From: Tubulanus polymorphus | Lineage: Eukaryota > Animalia > Nemertea | DNA length: 64,000 nt | Assembly (NCBI RefSeq): GCF_964204645.1 | Contig: NC_134025.1 | Span: 2,976,001-3,040,000, forward strand | Reading direction: 5' to 3' | Shown: positions 1 to 13,080 of the stretch, piece by piece | How positions within the stretch are numbered: position 1 is the first letter of the stretch | How the letters are laid out: each line of letters begins with the position of its first letter | The notes under the pieces: generated by a model | Databases searched by the model: none | What the model was told of the DNA's origin: nothing | The model's input: only the letters and a program-made list of their open reading frames with translations | Program-made: the position numbers and the translations under genes

Positions 1-369
1 GGTAACATGATGGATAGTTGCGTTTCAACATTTTCTAGACGAAGCTTTATATTGTGATATTGTTTGCACAAAGGCTTCGGGTGTTTGACTAGTGCTGCTT
101 GCGAGAGACTCTTGACTTGACACTGTTCAAGTGGCACTTAAGTACCCTTTCATGAATTACCTCCCCCTAGTCCCATCATCAATACACCATCAACACAACA
201 CTTGGTCAACGGTTCACCACATAACATGCGCGAATCAAACAAATGCTCTTTACTTCAAATACTTTGAGATGAATGCAGTACTATATCATAACTGTCCTGC
301 AAACACTCGCTTTCAGCATCATTGAGAAACCATAAGTTATCGAAATGCGTTAAATTAAATTTCACTTCA

Positions 370-680
370 AGAAGTCGGAACGAGCAGCGTAAAGATGATT
401 ATCGCTTTTATGAAAATGGACACGGCGAGATTTGGCCCCGGAGCTGTAGCCCTTGAGCATCGTTCAACAGAAATCAGATGGCAAACTGCCCTGAAAGGCA
501 ATGCCCGAGGATAGTTATAATTATGGCTATTCTTTCAATGCTATTAGTCGTGCAGCAACATGTCAGAAATTACCATGAAATGTAAACCTTCACAGCGTGA
601 TCAGCAGGAAACAAAAGTTAGATTTAAAAAGCTGGGAATCACCAACGTTACTCCCTCAAAATACACATCCCTGATATCAT
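370..680 (-). pseudogene. Possible degraded class A GPCR relic
   Basis: One minus frame reads ...EGVTLVIPSFLNLTFVSC*...HFMVISDMLL...VCHLISVERCSRATAP...VSIFIKAIIIFTLLVP. These resemble TM1, TM2 (xSDxL), TM3 (ISVER) and TM4 in the right order, but several stops interrupt them. Boundaries approximate. Confidence 0.3.
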
Positions 681-3600
681 GGACGACCTGTGAATGAGCG
701 AAAAATTAGGGAAATAGAGTGATGTTGATCAAAGGCCTTTGGAAATTAAAACAACTGATCTTCAATACCGATGATATTGTCGCAAAAAGCAATAACAAGC
801 GAAGTTATTTGCCATCCTGAACCCGGGTCCACCACAGTTTTGAGTTGAAATTTGACTGATTAGCCAAATAAACTGATGCGATAGCAAAAGGGTTAATCGT
901 GACAATAGACCCCTCAATTGCTGGCATCAATCTTTGCGCAAAAAAGTCAAGAATCGGCTTCAATAGCGAAATTCCATCAGATGACAATTAGTACAATAAC
1001 CGCATCAGACACCTCTGTACCCAACATTCAACCCCATCTGGTGTGTTAAATACACAGTCGTCACTCGTATTGAATTATCGCTGACGTGCGAATTCAAATT
1101 TCATCGTCTTTTCATTGACGAGTTGAAAAGTTTTACTACAACGATCTACACATTGCAATTACGTGTGATAATAAAACCGAAAGAATGCACAACGGATTCG
1201 ACGGAAGGTGTAAACTTTCACTCGTCAACCACCTGCTTACGGTGACTACGACTTCCTCCAGTTCACTCTCTTACCACGCTGTGGATTCATACGAAAGCGA
1301 TTCTTTCCTCGAAGATCCAGCCAATAAAATGATTTGTGGCATCTTACGCATCGGTTTTCAACGAAACGAAACATTCAAAACTTATAAACCGTGACACACG
1401 GGCGCACGCTCGAAAAATGAATATATTTCACCGACACAGCGTGGGTATTTCTCAAAACGTTTTCTTCTTTCTGCGACTGTTTCTGATTATTACACATTTA
1501 TTACAATGAAGCTTTATTAGCGACTATTCACGGATTTTTAAGCGTGACTCACAATTTAAGTAAAACGACTGGGAACTGGCTCCCTGATGATTTAACTGTC
1601 CGTGCAACTGCCGTTCGGAGGGAAAGTTAGTTTTGACGATTACTCCATTAAAACCGAAACCTTTCGACGACAAAATTGATCCAAACATTTTTCTCGTTGA
1701 GAATAATTCATTAAAATGCCTATAGTCGTATATCAGACGAAATCGATTTTCTTGATGTTCATCTAAGTTCCAACTAATCTGTAAGCTTTTTGATCAGATA
1801 TTTGAAAAAAGTTAACTAGTAATACTTTACCTCATATCCACTTTCTGAAACCCCTCCAACTTTATGAAAAAAACTTCAAAATCAGTAATTCCCATCAAAT
1901 AAATGATCTTTATCTGAACTTCTTTTCAAGATCACTTTCACTGTCTTCTTCCAAAAAGAGTGTCTATTGAAAATATTTTTTCAGATGCTTATATGTTGGA
2001 AAAGTTGCACCACCCATTTCTTTTTCTCCAGGGTCCCATCTAGGTCAGGGTATAATCATGGGAAAATTATTGTGTATTTCGGACGAAAAAATCATCGCAT
2101 GCACGAAGATGCGGTGAACATAAGAGCAATGTGTCTTTATAAATTGTCCCAGGCATGACCTATAACTATTGAGCATCTTATATCAGAAATTGCAGGGAGT
2201 CAACAGATTGTTTTTCAAAAACTTTCGCTTTCTTTGAATAACAAGATCGCACTATAAAAGAGCGAACAAGAATAGTACACCTATGAAAAAAAAACGAATA
2301 TAGCATTTTTAGTATATGCTAAATATATGATAGTCTCAACTATAGATTTCTGTAATATTTTGTGGTTAGTTTAACATTGGAATTACTGCAGCAAATATAA
2401 CTACACTTTATTCAGTATATTTCGAATAATATAATAATACTTTTTATAGATAGCTGAAAACCATTGCAAATAGCTGATATTGGCGCGCTTGCACATGACT
2501 CATCAACACACCACACCACAATGACCGCTGATCTGCAAAACAAACTTCCAAACTTAGTTTCAAAACTTATTTTCCTAGGTTCGAATCCTTGGTTAAGGGC
2601 AATTTTCAGAATAAAGAACTGCAGAGAAAAAGAGTGGTAATGCCATTACCGTACAATTTTTATCAGTCATATTAAAATCATTGTCCAGGTGATTTTAACC
2701 TCAGGGCAATTCATTCATCCGGGCTTCTGCGCAGTAACTACTTTACGGTTAGTGAATCTGGCCATAAATTTCGGCCAACAATAGCAATCTAATGGTGACA
2801 CCTACGACAGGAAAATTAGTTGATTGCTTCGCATCCTGAGCGAAACTTAAGAAAGAAACTTGAAACCATAAGAATCTGCCGCTTAGAAGTAGCCCTTAAA
2901 TAGGTATTCGGCTTTTTAGATCTATTTTTAATAAAGTTATCCACAAATGAATTCTATTAGGTTTTTCAAATTCAACGTTTGACACGATGCAAATAAGGAA
3001 TTTTGTGGATACCCATAATCCAAGAATATCAAAGAATTTGTTATTGAGGAAAGTTGTCCATAGTTGATTTTGACATCTTCTCGAAAACATCTACTACCTA
3101 TGAATTCAGCTAGCTTCTCTTTGACGGAAAGGATAAACAATATAATTCATTAAGCGCATCGAATATTGCACAAAACCTCCGCATGGTACTTTAATGGGTA
3201 GGAAATACTTGACGAACGCAGGAAAACCTTAAAACCAGTAGCGCACCGCAATAAAACCAAGCATCAAATGATTATCGAGATGGAGAAGTTGAAAGATTAC
3301 ATTGTGTCGGTTTAGTTCGCAGTCAATCGACAAAAAAGGATTACAAGTTCATTCACAGAGACAAGTAAAGATCTTGGTAAGAGGTTATTGTCAGCTATTT
3401 TGTAAAGCAAACCGCCGCATTTTGAAGAGGTGCCTTTCAATCGCATTATCGACGTTAATGTTGCGTCTAAGAACGGAGGCTACAGGATATGCGTTCGCAT
3501 GATCGCTTCAGACCTGAGAGGTTGTCTGGTTCGCGCACGCAGACCTCCCCGCCGAGAAGAACAACGAAATCTATAGCTCGAGGAAGTCATGATACTCGCA

Positions 3601-6600
3601 TTTACAGCATTTTGAACAGTTGGAAAGACGCAGATAAACGTAAAAAAAATTCAAAGACGTTTCCTCCGATATGCCGCAATAGCACTCTAAACGTGGCCCT
3701 CGAGTCATATAACATAAACTGTAGGTTAATGATGGAATATTAATCAATCTAATGAAGCGGAATGAAAGATATGAAGAATGTCTTGTTACATTTTGAGAGA
3801 CAAAAATTATGAGCGTTTTTTTTCCCATTTACGTATTTTATTTTGACAGCGCCATAACTGTTGGAAGAACAGCCGCGGAAATATACCTGGCGGCCGTGAA
3901 AATGACTTCACAGCGGTATAATTATCATATTATCAATAGATTCTATACAGTACTGGGCAAATAGTGACATATAACTTGTTCAAAACATATAGAAAACTAT
4001 ATTGTCGCCACGTAGGGGGCTCAGAAGTCAAGTAAATTGCTCAATTCATTCTCAATGTGAATCCAGTTGAACAACGGTTTATACTTGAACGCAACATACT
4101 ATTTTCACAGCAGAAAATAATACGGTAGAATTCTCACGATTCAATTCTCGCTCCACCCTTCAAATGAATTTTTGAAAAGAAATTCAGACTGTTTTTACAA
4201 ATAATCAGTTAAATCGTTTCTGTTATGCTTTCGTGAATTGGATATCGTACAAATAAACGTTTCAAAATATTGATAAAAAGGATAACCGTAATATTCGAGT
4301 GTGAAAAATTACGTTAGGAAATTAAATCCTTTTTGAAAAAAAATATGAAAATTCAAAATATTTTGATTTAGAACCAAATACAATTTCTTCTAATTCCTAA
4401 AACACCGATTTAATTATGATCGTTTTTATTCAAATTTTCAATCTAATACATTTTTCTGATATAATTGTTGAAAATCACAACAAATTATGAGAATTAAAAC
4501 TGAATAAGGAATATTATCAAAATAAAACTTACAAAATCATTATTATAGCTACGTAAGTTAAATATCCCGAAATAGGAATGAAAAAAAAACGAAAAACGTC
4601 TAAAAAGTACCTGTTTAAAGATTCTAATCCCATCCAAACGGCGAGATCACGAGGATCGGCACCACAAGTTCCACTATTAAACATGCGATCTGCTTCCATA
4701 TTTTGATATTGCATGCAACAATGCAAACCCGCAACAACTCCAGACATCAAGCTATATACGATGATGCTAGTTATTTCTCGAGAAATATCTGCCTTGTTTA
4801 TGATAATTTTCAGAGTCGAATGAAAATTAAAGCAACAAGGATTCCAGTAGGCACCAATCACTTTTACTTTTTTGTTCTTTTCGTCTATTTTAACTTTTGT
4901 TGCGAATGCGTCCTCGGTTGGAAGACAGCTCTGGGGGGTATTGTGTGCGTTGCACGCCAGTTGTACTAAAATAAGTACGAGGTATGGCAAATGACAAAAA
5001 ATTACCTGGTTCCATTCAAAAGAAAATCTGGGGAGGAGACTAAAGACTCATCTGCCAGATGCTATCAGGGGGTCACAACAGGAGACGAACACAATTAAAT
5101 ACAGGGTGAACCACTTTACAAATGGCAAGTTCTGCAACCGGAAACAACGAATAATAAGGAAATGGAAAACGCAAATCACGTTGAAGTACTTGCATCATAT
5201 AACTTGTTATCGACGTTATATTGTTTGAACGATATTTTTTACGAACTAAATGATGACTTCTATCGTAACTGATTAATTTGAACTTGTTAAAGGTTTTATT
5301 GAGTTGGTTTTAGAGTCCACGATTGAGTTTATAAAGCGTTTAACCATATCACCTCTGACTACATCAGAGTTAACCGATATCCGTCCGAGATTTATTCAAC
5401 GTTGCAAATGTTTATTTCTGCAAAACCTCATCGCGTGGTAAGAAGATTATCAAAAACAAAGTATCACTCAAAGCATGTTACTGAATATATGTATATATTT
5501 GTATACAAGTATTAAATCAATAATACTGATGACCAAAATACATATTCTCATTCAATGCGTCCCTGTCCCAACCTGGTCAAATAAATCCCGGAGAAATGAC
5601 TCGAGAATAGAAAAATGATCACTGCCGATATTCAGGCTGATCTCGAGTTGTCTTTAGATAGAAAAAAGAACCGAGATAAAAAGAAATACCGCCATCATCA
5701 TTTCATTGTGAATATATGATATAAACGGGCATAAAATATACGATAGCCATTGTATGAATATAGATAAGGCGACATAAATTAGGATTATTTTTGCTCTGGC
5801 GTGACTGGGATGCGTGCGGCTTCGGATTATAGGAAACGTTTGTTTTTGGAAGAGGGATGTTCTCTATAGTGAGTGAGTTCATACTGAATTTTGAAATTTT
5901 GTTTCGTGAGAAATGCGAATATCGTTAGTCTCCATAGACAGTTCCCCCCAATCACAGCTGAGATCGAGAGCCGGTTTCATTCTTGTTTCTATAGGTCGGT
6001 GTCGTCTTGGTGGAGAAAGTGAAATTCACGGGTCACTGATTCCAAAAGTAGTATCTTATCATTAAAAGCGATAACACCGTATTATTATCAGCCAATTACG
6101 TCGACAAAGGCAGTTTATATTGGCCAATAAAATTCTGGCACTTCGGTAAAAGATGCTTTAATAGTATCGCGTAAATAATAGTCAGTTCTGCTCAACCGAT
6201 GATTATAGTTTTTTTTTTGTCGATTATTACCAGAATACCAGAAGTGGAAGCAAAGATTGTTATATCACAGCATTCATGATGAAAGGCCAGTATTGATAAT
6301 GTACTCTATACATAAACAAATGGTAATTTGAATATCGAGAAATTGTTGCTGAATTAAAATCGGCGTTATTGAAGAAGAGTTATAGAATTTGCATGCTGTT
6401 TAATCTCAGACCAATGTCTAGAATGAATGTATGTTAAAAACCATAGGGAGCATTTCTACGGAAATACATCACGCAAATTATTTACAACTAACGCATTGAT
6501 CTTCCTATTGTCACTTTAATGGGTTATTAGTGACGAGTACATGTGAATGTGTGCATTCGTCAGCTTTAAGATGATGTCAGTCGATTATCCCACACTACCT

Positions 6601-6731
6601 TCACTCAAAAACTTGTTTCAACTAAATCCAACCGTATTTACAGCGAACACAATTAGCTTCGACTTGAAACCTAAAACGCAGCCCCCACAACACGAAATAA
6701 AGAACAAAAGGACCTCAACAACCTCGGATTA

Positions 6732-6868
6732 CAGTTGGACCTCGTAGTTATAACGACATCGGATTTAACGATTGATTTTATTACAAAAATCACAAATAGG
6801 ACAATTTCAATTATCTAACGAACATTTTTTCCTGTCCTTCTGAAGTTCATTGTATTGAGGTTCCACTG
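6732..6868. mobile_element. Tc1/mariner-pogo (Tigger-like) MITE, 137 bp
   Basis: Left end CAGTTGGACCTC; right end GAGGTTCCACTG (revcomp CAGTGGAACCTC). TA flanks both sides (6730-6731, 6869-6870). CAGT-starting TIRs with a TA TSD are typical of this superfamily. Confidence 0.75.
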
Positions 6869-9342
6869 TAACACAAAAAACGGAGTCAGTTTTTTTTTTA
6901 CAGTATTACATAAAAGCCAACATTAACATCATTAGTTTATTAGCATTTGATGTTCTGCTGGTTATAAAAAGGATCAACATAGAAGATAAAACGAGTGAAC
7001 GTTTCCATGAGCCCTACTGCATTGTCTCCTTGAGTTTGAGGAAATGAATGAACTAGTGAAAGTTTCCGATCATATGGTATCATTATATTTTTACCGGCAT
7101 CGCCGTCTTTAACTGGAAGGTAATTACTGAGCTACAACGCCATATTGTTGTTTAATGGCCAATGATCATCCATCATCAGTGATGGCAAATCAGACTCGAT
7201 TCATCAACAAACAATACATAAGGGAAATGGGCGAACAAACAATGTTGTAGAAATACACAACGCATTAATTAAGGGAAAATGTCTTCCGAGACAGTCCGGA
7301 TTTGTCAAGATAGTTCTGACCAGTCGTGAGATAATGATGCCTAATTTGAACAGTCCCGTATCCGTTCCACGCGCGGGAATGGGGCCGGCGGGCTACTACG
7401 GCGTATCTCTAAACCCTGAAAATGATTTCTAGTTTAGATTTTTAACGTTTCTCTATCGGAACGATTTTCTCGTTTGAAAAGCTGGCAGCTGGGGTCGTTA
7501 AGGAAATCTGTCATAACCAATCAACACAGCAGGGACCCACGGGACCAGTAATCTTGTAATTAAATTCAATCGAAAACCAACATGAAATTATGAAACATAT
7601 GACCCACAAACGAAAGCAATCTGATGGGTGTATAATGCACAAAAAATGAGTAATAGTTGTGATTAGACCAATTCTTCACGGCGTATACACATGACCGGTT
7701 TAAACACACCACATCGGACCAGAACTATTCATTTTTGCATTCTAATCAAATTAATGTAGAAGAGAATTAAAATCATTCTCGGCAATAATGAGGCAAATAC
7801 ATCAATTTGAGCGGCTGTCGTCGCATCCTCATGGGAACGTTCGTCTGATTATTCTTCCAAACGTTCGATCTCTCAGAATCCCAAACTGATCATTAACCAG
7901 TAGAGAACGAATCTATTTCATAAACCGGCCTCTCACACATAGTTCAACTAGTCATTATTCAACATAGATTGTGTGCGTATAAATAATTCAAGCTATTTTA
8001 GATATTGTTAAATTGTATGTGTCTTTTTCGTGAGTACAATTGTTGTACATGGTTTCGATATAATGACAAAATTATGCAACTTGTACGTCTTTTAAAAAAA
8101 CCCTTTTAGTTAACAGACACATTGCGAAATAAAATGAAAAAATTCCTCTTGATTATGTTTTACGTTAAAGCAATACAGAAGTAGACTTCCTATTAATAAG
8201 GATCAGAATAAAAGCATTATTTTTAACTTTTAAGTCTACGAAATGCGTCTACATTACGAGGTGACCAGTATGATATAAATATAAAGATACATCGAGATAG
8301 AGAATAGTGAATAGAAACCGAACATATTGACACCAAGTTGTAACACATAACTGAGAAACCAGATAACACTAAACTCCCCAGATGGAATGATATTAGCAAT
8401 GCTAATAACGTGAGGTGTCACATTGCTGACTTTTGACCTGATGATTCAGTTTATGGGGACTAAATACCACTTTATAGTTTACTGCCTACTCCCATAACAC
8501 CGAACTATAATGAATTAGAACAACAAAGGATTGAATATCTAAAATCGGATAGAGAATTCCTAATTTTCCGAATATATCAAACAATTGATATTCGAACATA
8601 TCACGTTTGATATAGAATTGATAGCTTTGATGGTTTGTTTTTGAAAGTTTATTTGTTTTATGGGCAACAACATAAAAATTCTAACGAAGACATATTTTTC
8701 CGCCGAGGTGTCCAAGTTCGAGCGTTTAAACCTGATGGCGACGTGTGTATAGAAAATACGTTTACGAATTAGAGATGAACCGTATGCGCCATCTATCGGA
8801 ATACGCAATACACATGTCTCTTACTAAATTGCTACATGAACTTAAAAAAACGTTTCTTTCATTTTCACTAAGAGCGCTCTGTGATGTACACATCTATGTC
8901 TAAGAAATAGATAGATATTGTTTTACAACTGTCATTTCATCAGGAGATGAATCTATAAGAAAGATACAGAGCACTCCACAAATAACTGAAGACCACGATT
9001 TTTCAATTAAACTCTGAATGATTTTCAATCAAACACGAATGGGTCGTTATTTTATTGACACAGTTACATAAAGAATTAAAAAAAACAATATCTACATCTA
9101 TCTATAAGCATAAAGCACGCGTGTTAGTTAATGCAGCGGCTAACATGCATTCTAGTAGGAAGAGAAAGGATTCCAACCTTGAGCCATGATTTCTACCATC
9201 CGTAAACAGCTTTAACAACTTCCGCTATAAAAAAAATATCAGTTAAACAGACACTAGAATCAATCATAACAAAACAGGAAATAATCTTCTTATTAAATAG
9301 ATGATTTCATACCAGCATATTTTATATAATACCTGAGATAAG

Positions 9343-12095
9343 CTAGTCATCGTCGATAGATGTATCTGATAATGTGCTCAAAGTGTGCATGTTTACATGT
9401 GATGTCGGAAATAATCCCTTTATACCATCACATATTCCCTGAAAACCATACAATATTCATTACATTATCAGTATCACCAACAACTTTCATATTGAAATGA
9501 TCTTGTAGTTCATTACCTGCATCATTCCAGGTATCTTAGTCGATCGTAGATTAGTGATAAGTTGCCCTCTATTCAATTCGAGTTGGTCTTCAGCTACCGG
9601 ATTATAATCAGTATGAATAACAGCGTAACCAAATATTACGTGTTCATTCGGCACTGATTTATCATAACCTGAAACGTAAATGGAAATTATCGTAATATCT
9701 ACGATAGGCCTGCAGAAGCCAACCTATCGAAAGTGTTATCAGTAACGAATTTTTTCATACACATTTCATTGAAATATGAAAGACGATTTTCAAATCTCAT
9801 ATCAGTAATCAAGGGCAAGCCTATGGTAAAACAAATAAATCGAAATTTGAGTGCAAAATAGTCTCTCACAACCGGGAATTCAGGAACTTCTTTGTTCATC
9901 TAATGCGAAAGACGAGTATAGATTGAAGGGAGCCTAGATTCGACAGAGGAATATCTGTATTCACAAGAATTCATCAGAAATTACCAGTCTTAGAAGAATG
10001 ATGTCCATTATTATTGTTGATACCTAATGATTCAGCTAGATTATTCAATGATTTCCTATATTGAGTTCTCATTCGATTGTTTGAAAGATACGTTTCGTAA
10101 CACGTCACTACAACCAATATAACGAACATTGTCACTGATGCTCCAATAAGAGTTAAAACCTGAAGATTTGTCAAGGATCTCGGGTTATACATTATTCATT
10201 ATAACATTTTCATACATTTTATTCAAATTCTTAAGGATACAATATCTACTCTGATATCCCATTTGAAACCAGCTAGATAGACAATGAGCTCTTCCTGCTT
10301 GTTACATAGCTCCATATCCTTCTCAATTTCAACATTCCACGCATCTATAAAACCGTTTGTCCAGCCAGTGCTGCAGATACATCTTCCCTGATACAAGTTT
10401 CCGTGAAGACATCGGAAACTGGACTAGAAAAACAAGGAAGATTATTACAATAATGTTCATGTACGAATTGAAATAAGGATGAATGAATGGATGATTTACC
10501 CCTGGAACATACTGCTGGAAAAGCGAATGAGACGCTGTCGATTGAAAAGCAGTAACATCTTCTTCAGTTAGAATTGAATATAGTTTTTTACATTCATTCC
10601 TCAAACGATCATAAGCCTAAGACAATAACAAATAGATATATGATAGATATATGAACGATAGCTATTCTTTATTTTGATTGATTTACCATAGTTGGTAATT
10701 CGTGTGTATGGATTGTGTCGTTGTCGCATGTTGGAACCGGTTCACATCGACGAGTTAAATGATTGAAATGGTTTCTGTGTCCGAGGTATTTCAATACACA
10801 GTCTACCGGAATACAACCTCGAAAACGATCTTCATCAAAACCACCGCATTTAATCGGTACTGTGCCTAACACAAAATCTGAAAAATCGCCAAGAAAGTGT
10901 TACCTAAAAAATGATCGAAACTACATTCGTACGGTTCAATTTCTCGCTGGCCATCTCCCTCTTTGGTACAGTCTGTCAACGTATGAATATCATGGAAACC
11001 GTTATCGGTGTATATCATATATTGCTTGTACATATATCGAAAAATAAAATTCTTTCTTCAGTTAAGAACATATAAATACAAGTACCTCGAATTATTGGTG
11101 GAATCCAGTTACAATACAAGGGAGCAGAACTAACTGTAGAGTCAAATGGAATAGAATGTTCAAATCCTAATTGTGTATCGTTGTTGATATCAACTTCAAT
11201 GTTACATTGACCAACTCTATCAGTTACATACTGAAAATCAGAGGTTAAATTTGAGTTGATGATCATTATGTGGAATTTAACTAAACAGCTTAAATTCGTA
11301 CCACATTTGAGAACACTAATGAAAATCTAAATTTCTCTTTAGGAAGCAACGTTTTCTGTGGTCCATTTCTTATTTTCATCGACTGAAAAATACAGATAAG
11401 ATAATGCACTAGTTCTGTCAGGGACAAGTGCTAAAACAAAGAAACAGATGATAGATTGTGTATACCTCACAATCCAAGATAGATGCAGCTTTATCCAGAA
11501 CCAAACAACATTGTCGCATATGCACATCGATTGTGATATTGAATGCCGCTTCATTTCTTATGTTCAAATCTAAAATCAAAGCAAACGAATTTAGGGGGAA
11601 AAGAATCAAACAATCTGAAGTATTGGTATTGCTATGTGACTTACAGAATATCAAACCAACAGCATTGAGTTTCAACTTTTCGACTCCCGAATCCTGTAAA
11701 TCAAATGACAATATCTCGTGGATTATGGATTGAAATTAAATCAAAAATATTCAACTTAGGCTAAACAAAAATGATACCTTGTTTCTCCGCAGCGGCCGGG
11801 TCATTTTTGTAAAATATCATAAAATTTATAAACAGTTCATTTCTATAGCGGCCGGGTCTGTTATGGTAAAATTGATCACGATTTTAAAAAAAGTAATGTA
11901 TAGGGTAGATAGGCGGCCGGCCGGGTCAACATTTAAGCTCAGCAGAGCGGAGAAACAAGGTATCAATTTTTTTTAGCCTTAAATATCGTATTTCTTACTA
12001 ACCAAAACATAAACTGGTTTCTGTATTGTAGTAGGGAGTACTACAGGAATTACAGGCAAGATGAATAATACAGACACAAAAACAATCAATGACAT
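9343..12095 (-). CDS. Uncharacterised type I membrane protein: signal peptide, Cys-rich ectodomain, EGF-like module, TM helix, cytoplasmic SH3 domain (~458-478 aa, multi-exon)
   Basis: Phase-consistent GT-AG exons (minus): 12095-12003, 11693-11645, 11569-11466, 11382-11302, 11230-11086, 10877-10687, 10616-10500, 10423-10250, 10159-9985, optional 9820-9761, 9668-9517, 9438-9343 (TAG). Most introns are 70-92 nt. Translation: MSLIVFVSVLFILPVIPVVLP (signal) ... KCGGFDEDRFRGCIPVDCVLKYLGHRNHFNHLTRRCEPVPTC ... FRCLHGNLYQGRCICSTGW (EGF-like) ... VLTLIGASVTMFVILVVVTCY (TM) ... YAVIHTDYNPVAEDQLELNRGQLITNLRSTKIPGMMQGICDGIKGLFPTSHV (SH3). An alternative in-frame ATG lies at 12113. Confidence 0.85.
11759..11978. 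mobile_element. PIF/Harbinger (Tourist-like) MITE, 220 bp, in the first coding intron of the TM-SH3 gene
   Basis: Near-perfect ~32 bp TIRs: GGCTAAACAAAAATGATACCTTGTTTCTCCGC ... GCGGAGAAACAAGGTATCAATTTTTTTTAGCC. TTA target-site duplication at 11756-11758 and 11979-11981. Internal GGCCGGGTC subrepeats. Confidence 0.85.
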
Positions 12096-12399
12096 TTGTA
12101 AATCAGAGATCATAATTCTTCAATATCTCTGGAAATGAAAATTATATGAATAGTTAATTTAGGTTCGACTGATTTAAAAGTCTCAAAATTTAAGTCAGTA
12201 ATAAAGGAAACAACCAGTCGTTTTATTTGTAGGTCTAGTCAGGTACTTAAAAAGTCAATCTTTTCTTTTTGGCTGATTTTTTGTCCTGAATCAACGAATG
12301 TAAGATTTCGCAGGCAAAAAAGTGGTTCAGTGAGTGGTTCTGGTCATTGAAGCAAACGGTATCTCTCTTCAGTCAGCCGTGCTAAGTCAGGTGGTATAT

Positions 12400-13080
12400 C
12401 GACGTGTATGACTGACTGCCCAACCAATGCAAAGCGAAGTCGATCGAAAGAGAGGCCCGCCCCGGCAAAGGAAGCCTAAATTTAAAAACTCGGAAAAAAA
12501 ATACAATTTTCATTTTCAAGAAAGACGTCGACCATTTTGAATGCCTCGATAACTTGGTGGGGTGCTGAGCTGATGATACCGGGATTGAAGGTTCGAGATC
12601 AATTTACCAACCCCAATTTTGCGGAATATAGAATACTACGAGCTAAATAATGATTCTTTTTTGTCAAAATTTTCATGAATTTAAACCTGGCGCGCGCATG
12701 TACCACATGGCCTTGAAGATTTGACACTCAGTTGTCAAGTGGCGCCATCTAGTAAGAATTTATAGTATATATTTAGGTTAAATATTGCGGCGCCATGAAT
12801 TAATAAACGCCAAATTTAGTTCATTTGTGACAATCAAATGTTTTAGTGCTTTATTGGTCATTCTCGTTTTATGATAGACCCTAAAAAAGCGCAAGTGGTT
12901 TTAAAATATTGATTGCGCAATACACATCGTGAACCACGTGGTGTTGTTTACGAGGTAATGTGGTGGCGCTATTGGTTGGCTAGTTGAACAGGTGATTGGC
13001 ATTCCCAGGCACTAGCCCCGCCTCCGTGTTATTGCAAAACAAGATAAATGCTGACATCGAGCCAAGTACTTTTGCAGTCT
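12400..13080. promoter_or_regulatory. Divergent (probably bidirectional) promoter region between the TM-SH3 gene and headcase
   Basis: Minus-gene side: CCAAT 12424-12428 and GC box CCCGCCCC 12456-12463. Headcase side: E-box CACGTG 12935-12940, ATTGG at 12971 and 12995, GC box GCCCCGCCTCC 13015-13025. The two start codons are ~1.07 kb apart in head-to-head orientation. Confidence 0.6.

Noticed and set aside
2578-2588. GGTTCGAATCC B-box (also GGTTCGAGATC near 12590)
   Set aside because: No cloverleaf or properly spaced A-box; at most a SINE remnant.
3620-3700. KKIQRRFLRYA, resembling the C-terminal part of a LINE ORF2; also LLYKAKV...ASVIW at ~18890-18955 minus
   Set aside because: Single short motifs flanked by stops are too little to call an element.
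4529-4990. 153-aa minus-strand ORF with a donor-like site near 4610
   Set aside because: No recognisable domain, and I found no phase-consistent neighbouring exons.
10904-10972. Extra exon DCTKEGDGQREIEPYECSFDHFLG in the TM-SH3 gene
   Set aside because: It would need a 26-38 nt downstream intron, far shorter than the others. Direct 11086->10877 splicing is in frame with a good acceptor.
9699-11733. Cluster of short Cys-rich AT-rich ORFs that first suggested an endogenous viral fragment
   Set aside because: They resolve into phase-consistent spliceosomal exons of one cellular gene.
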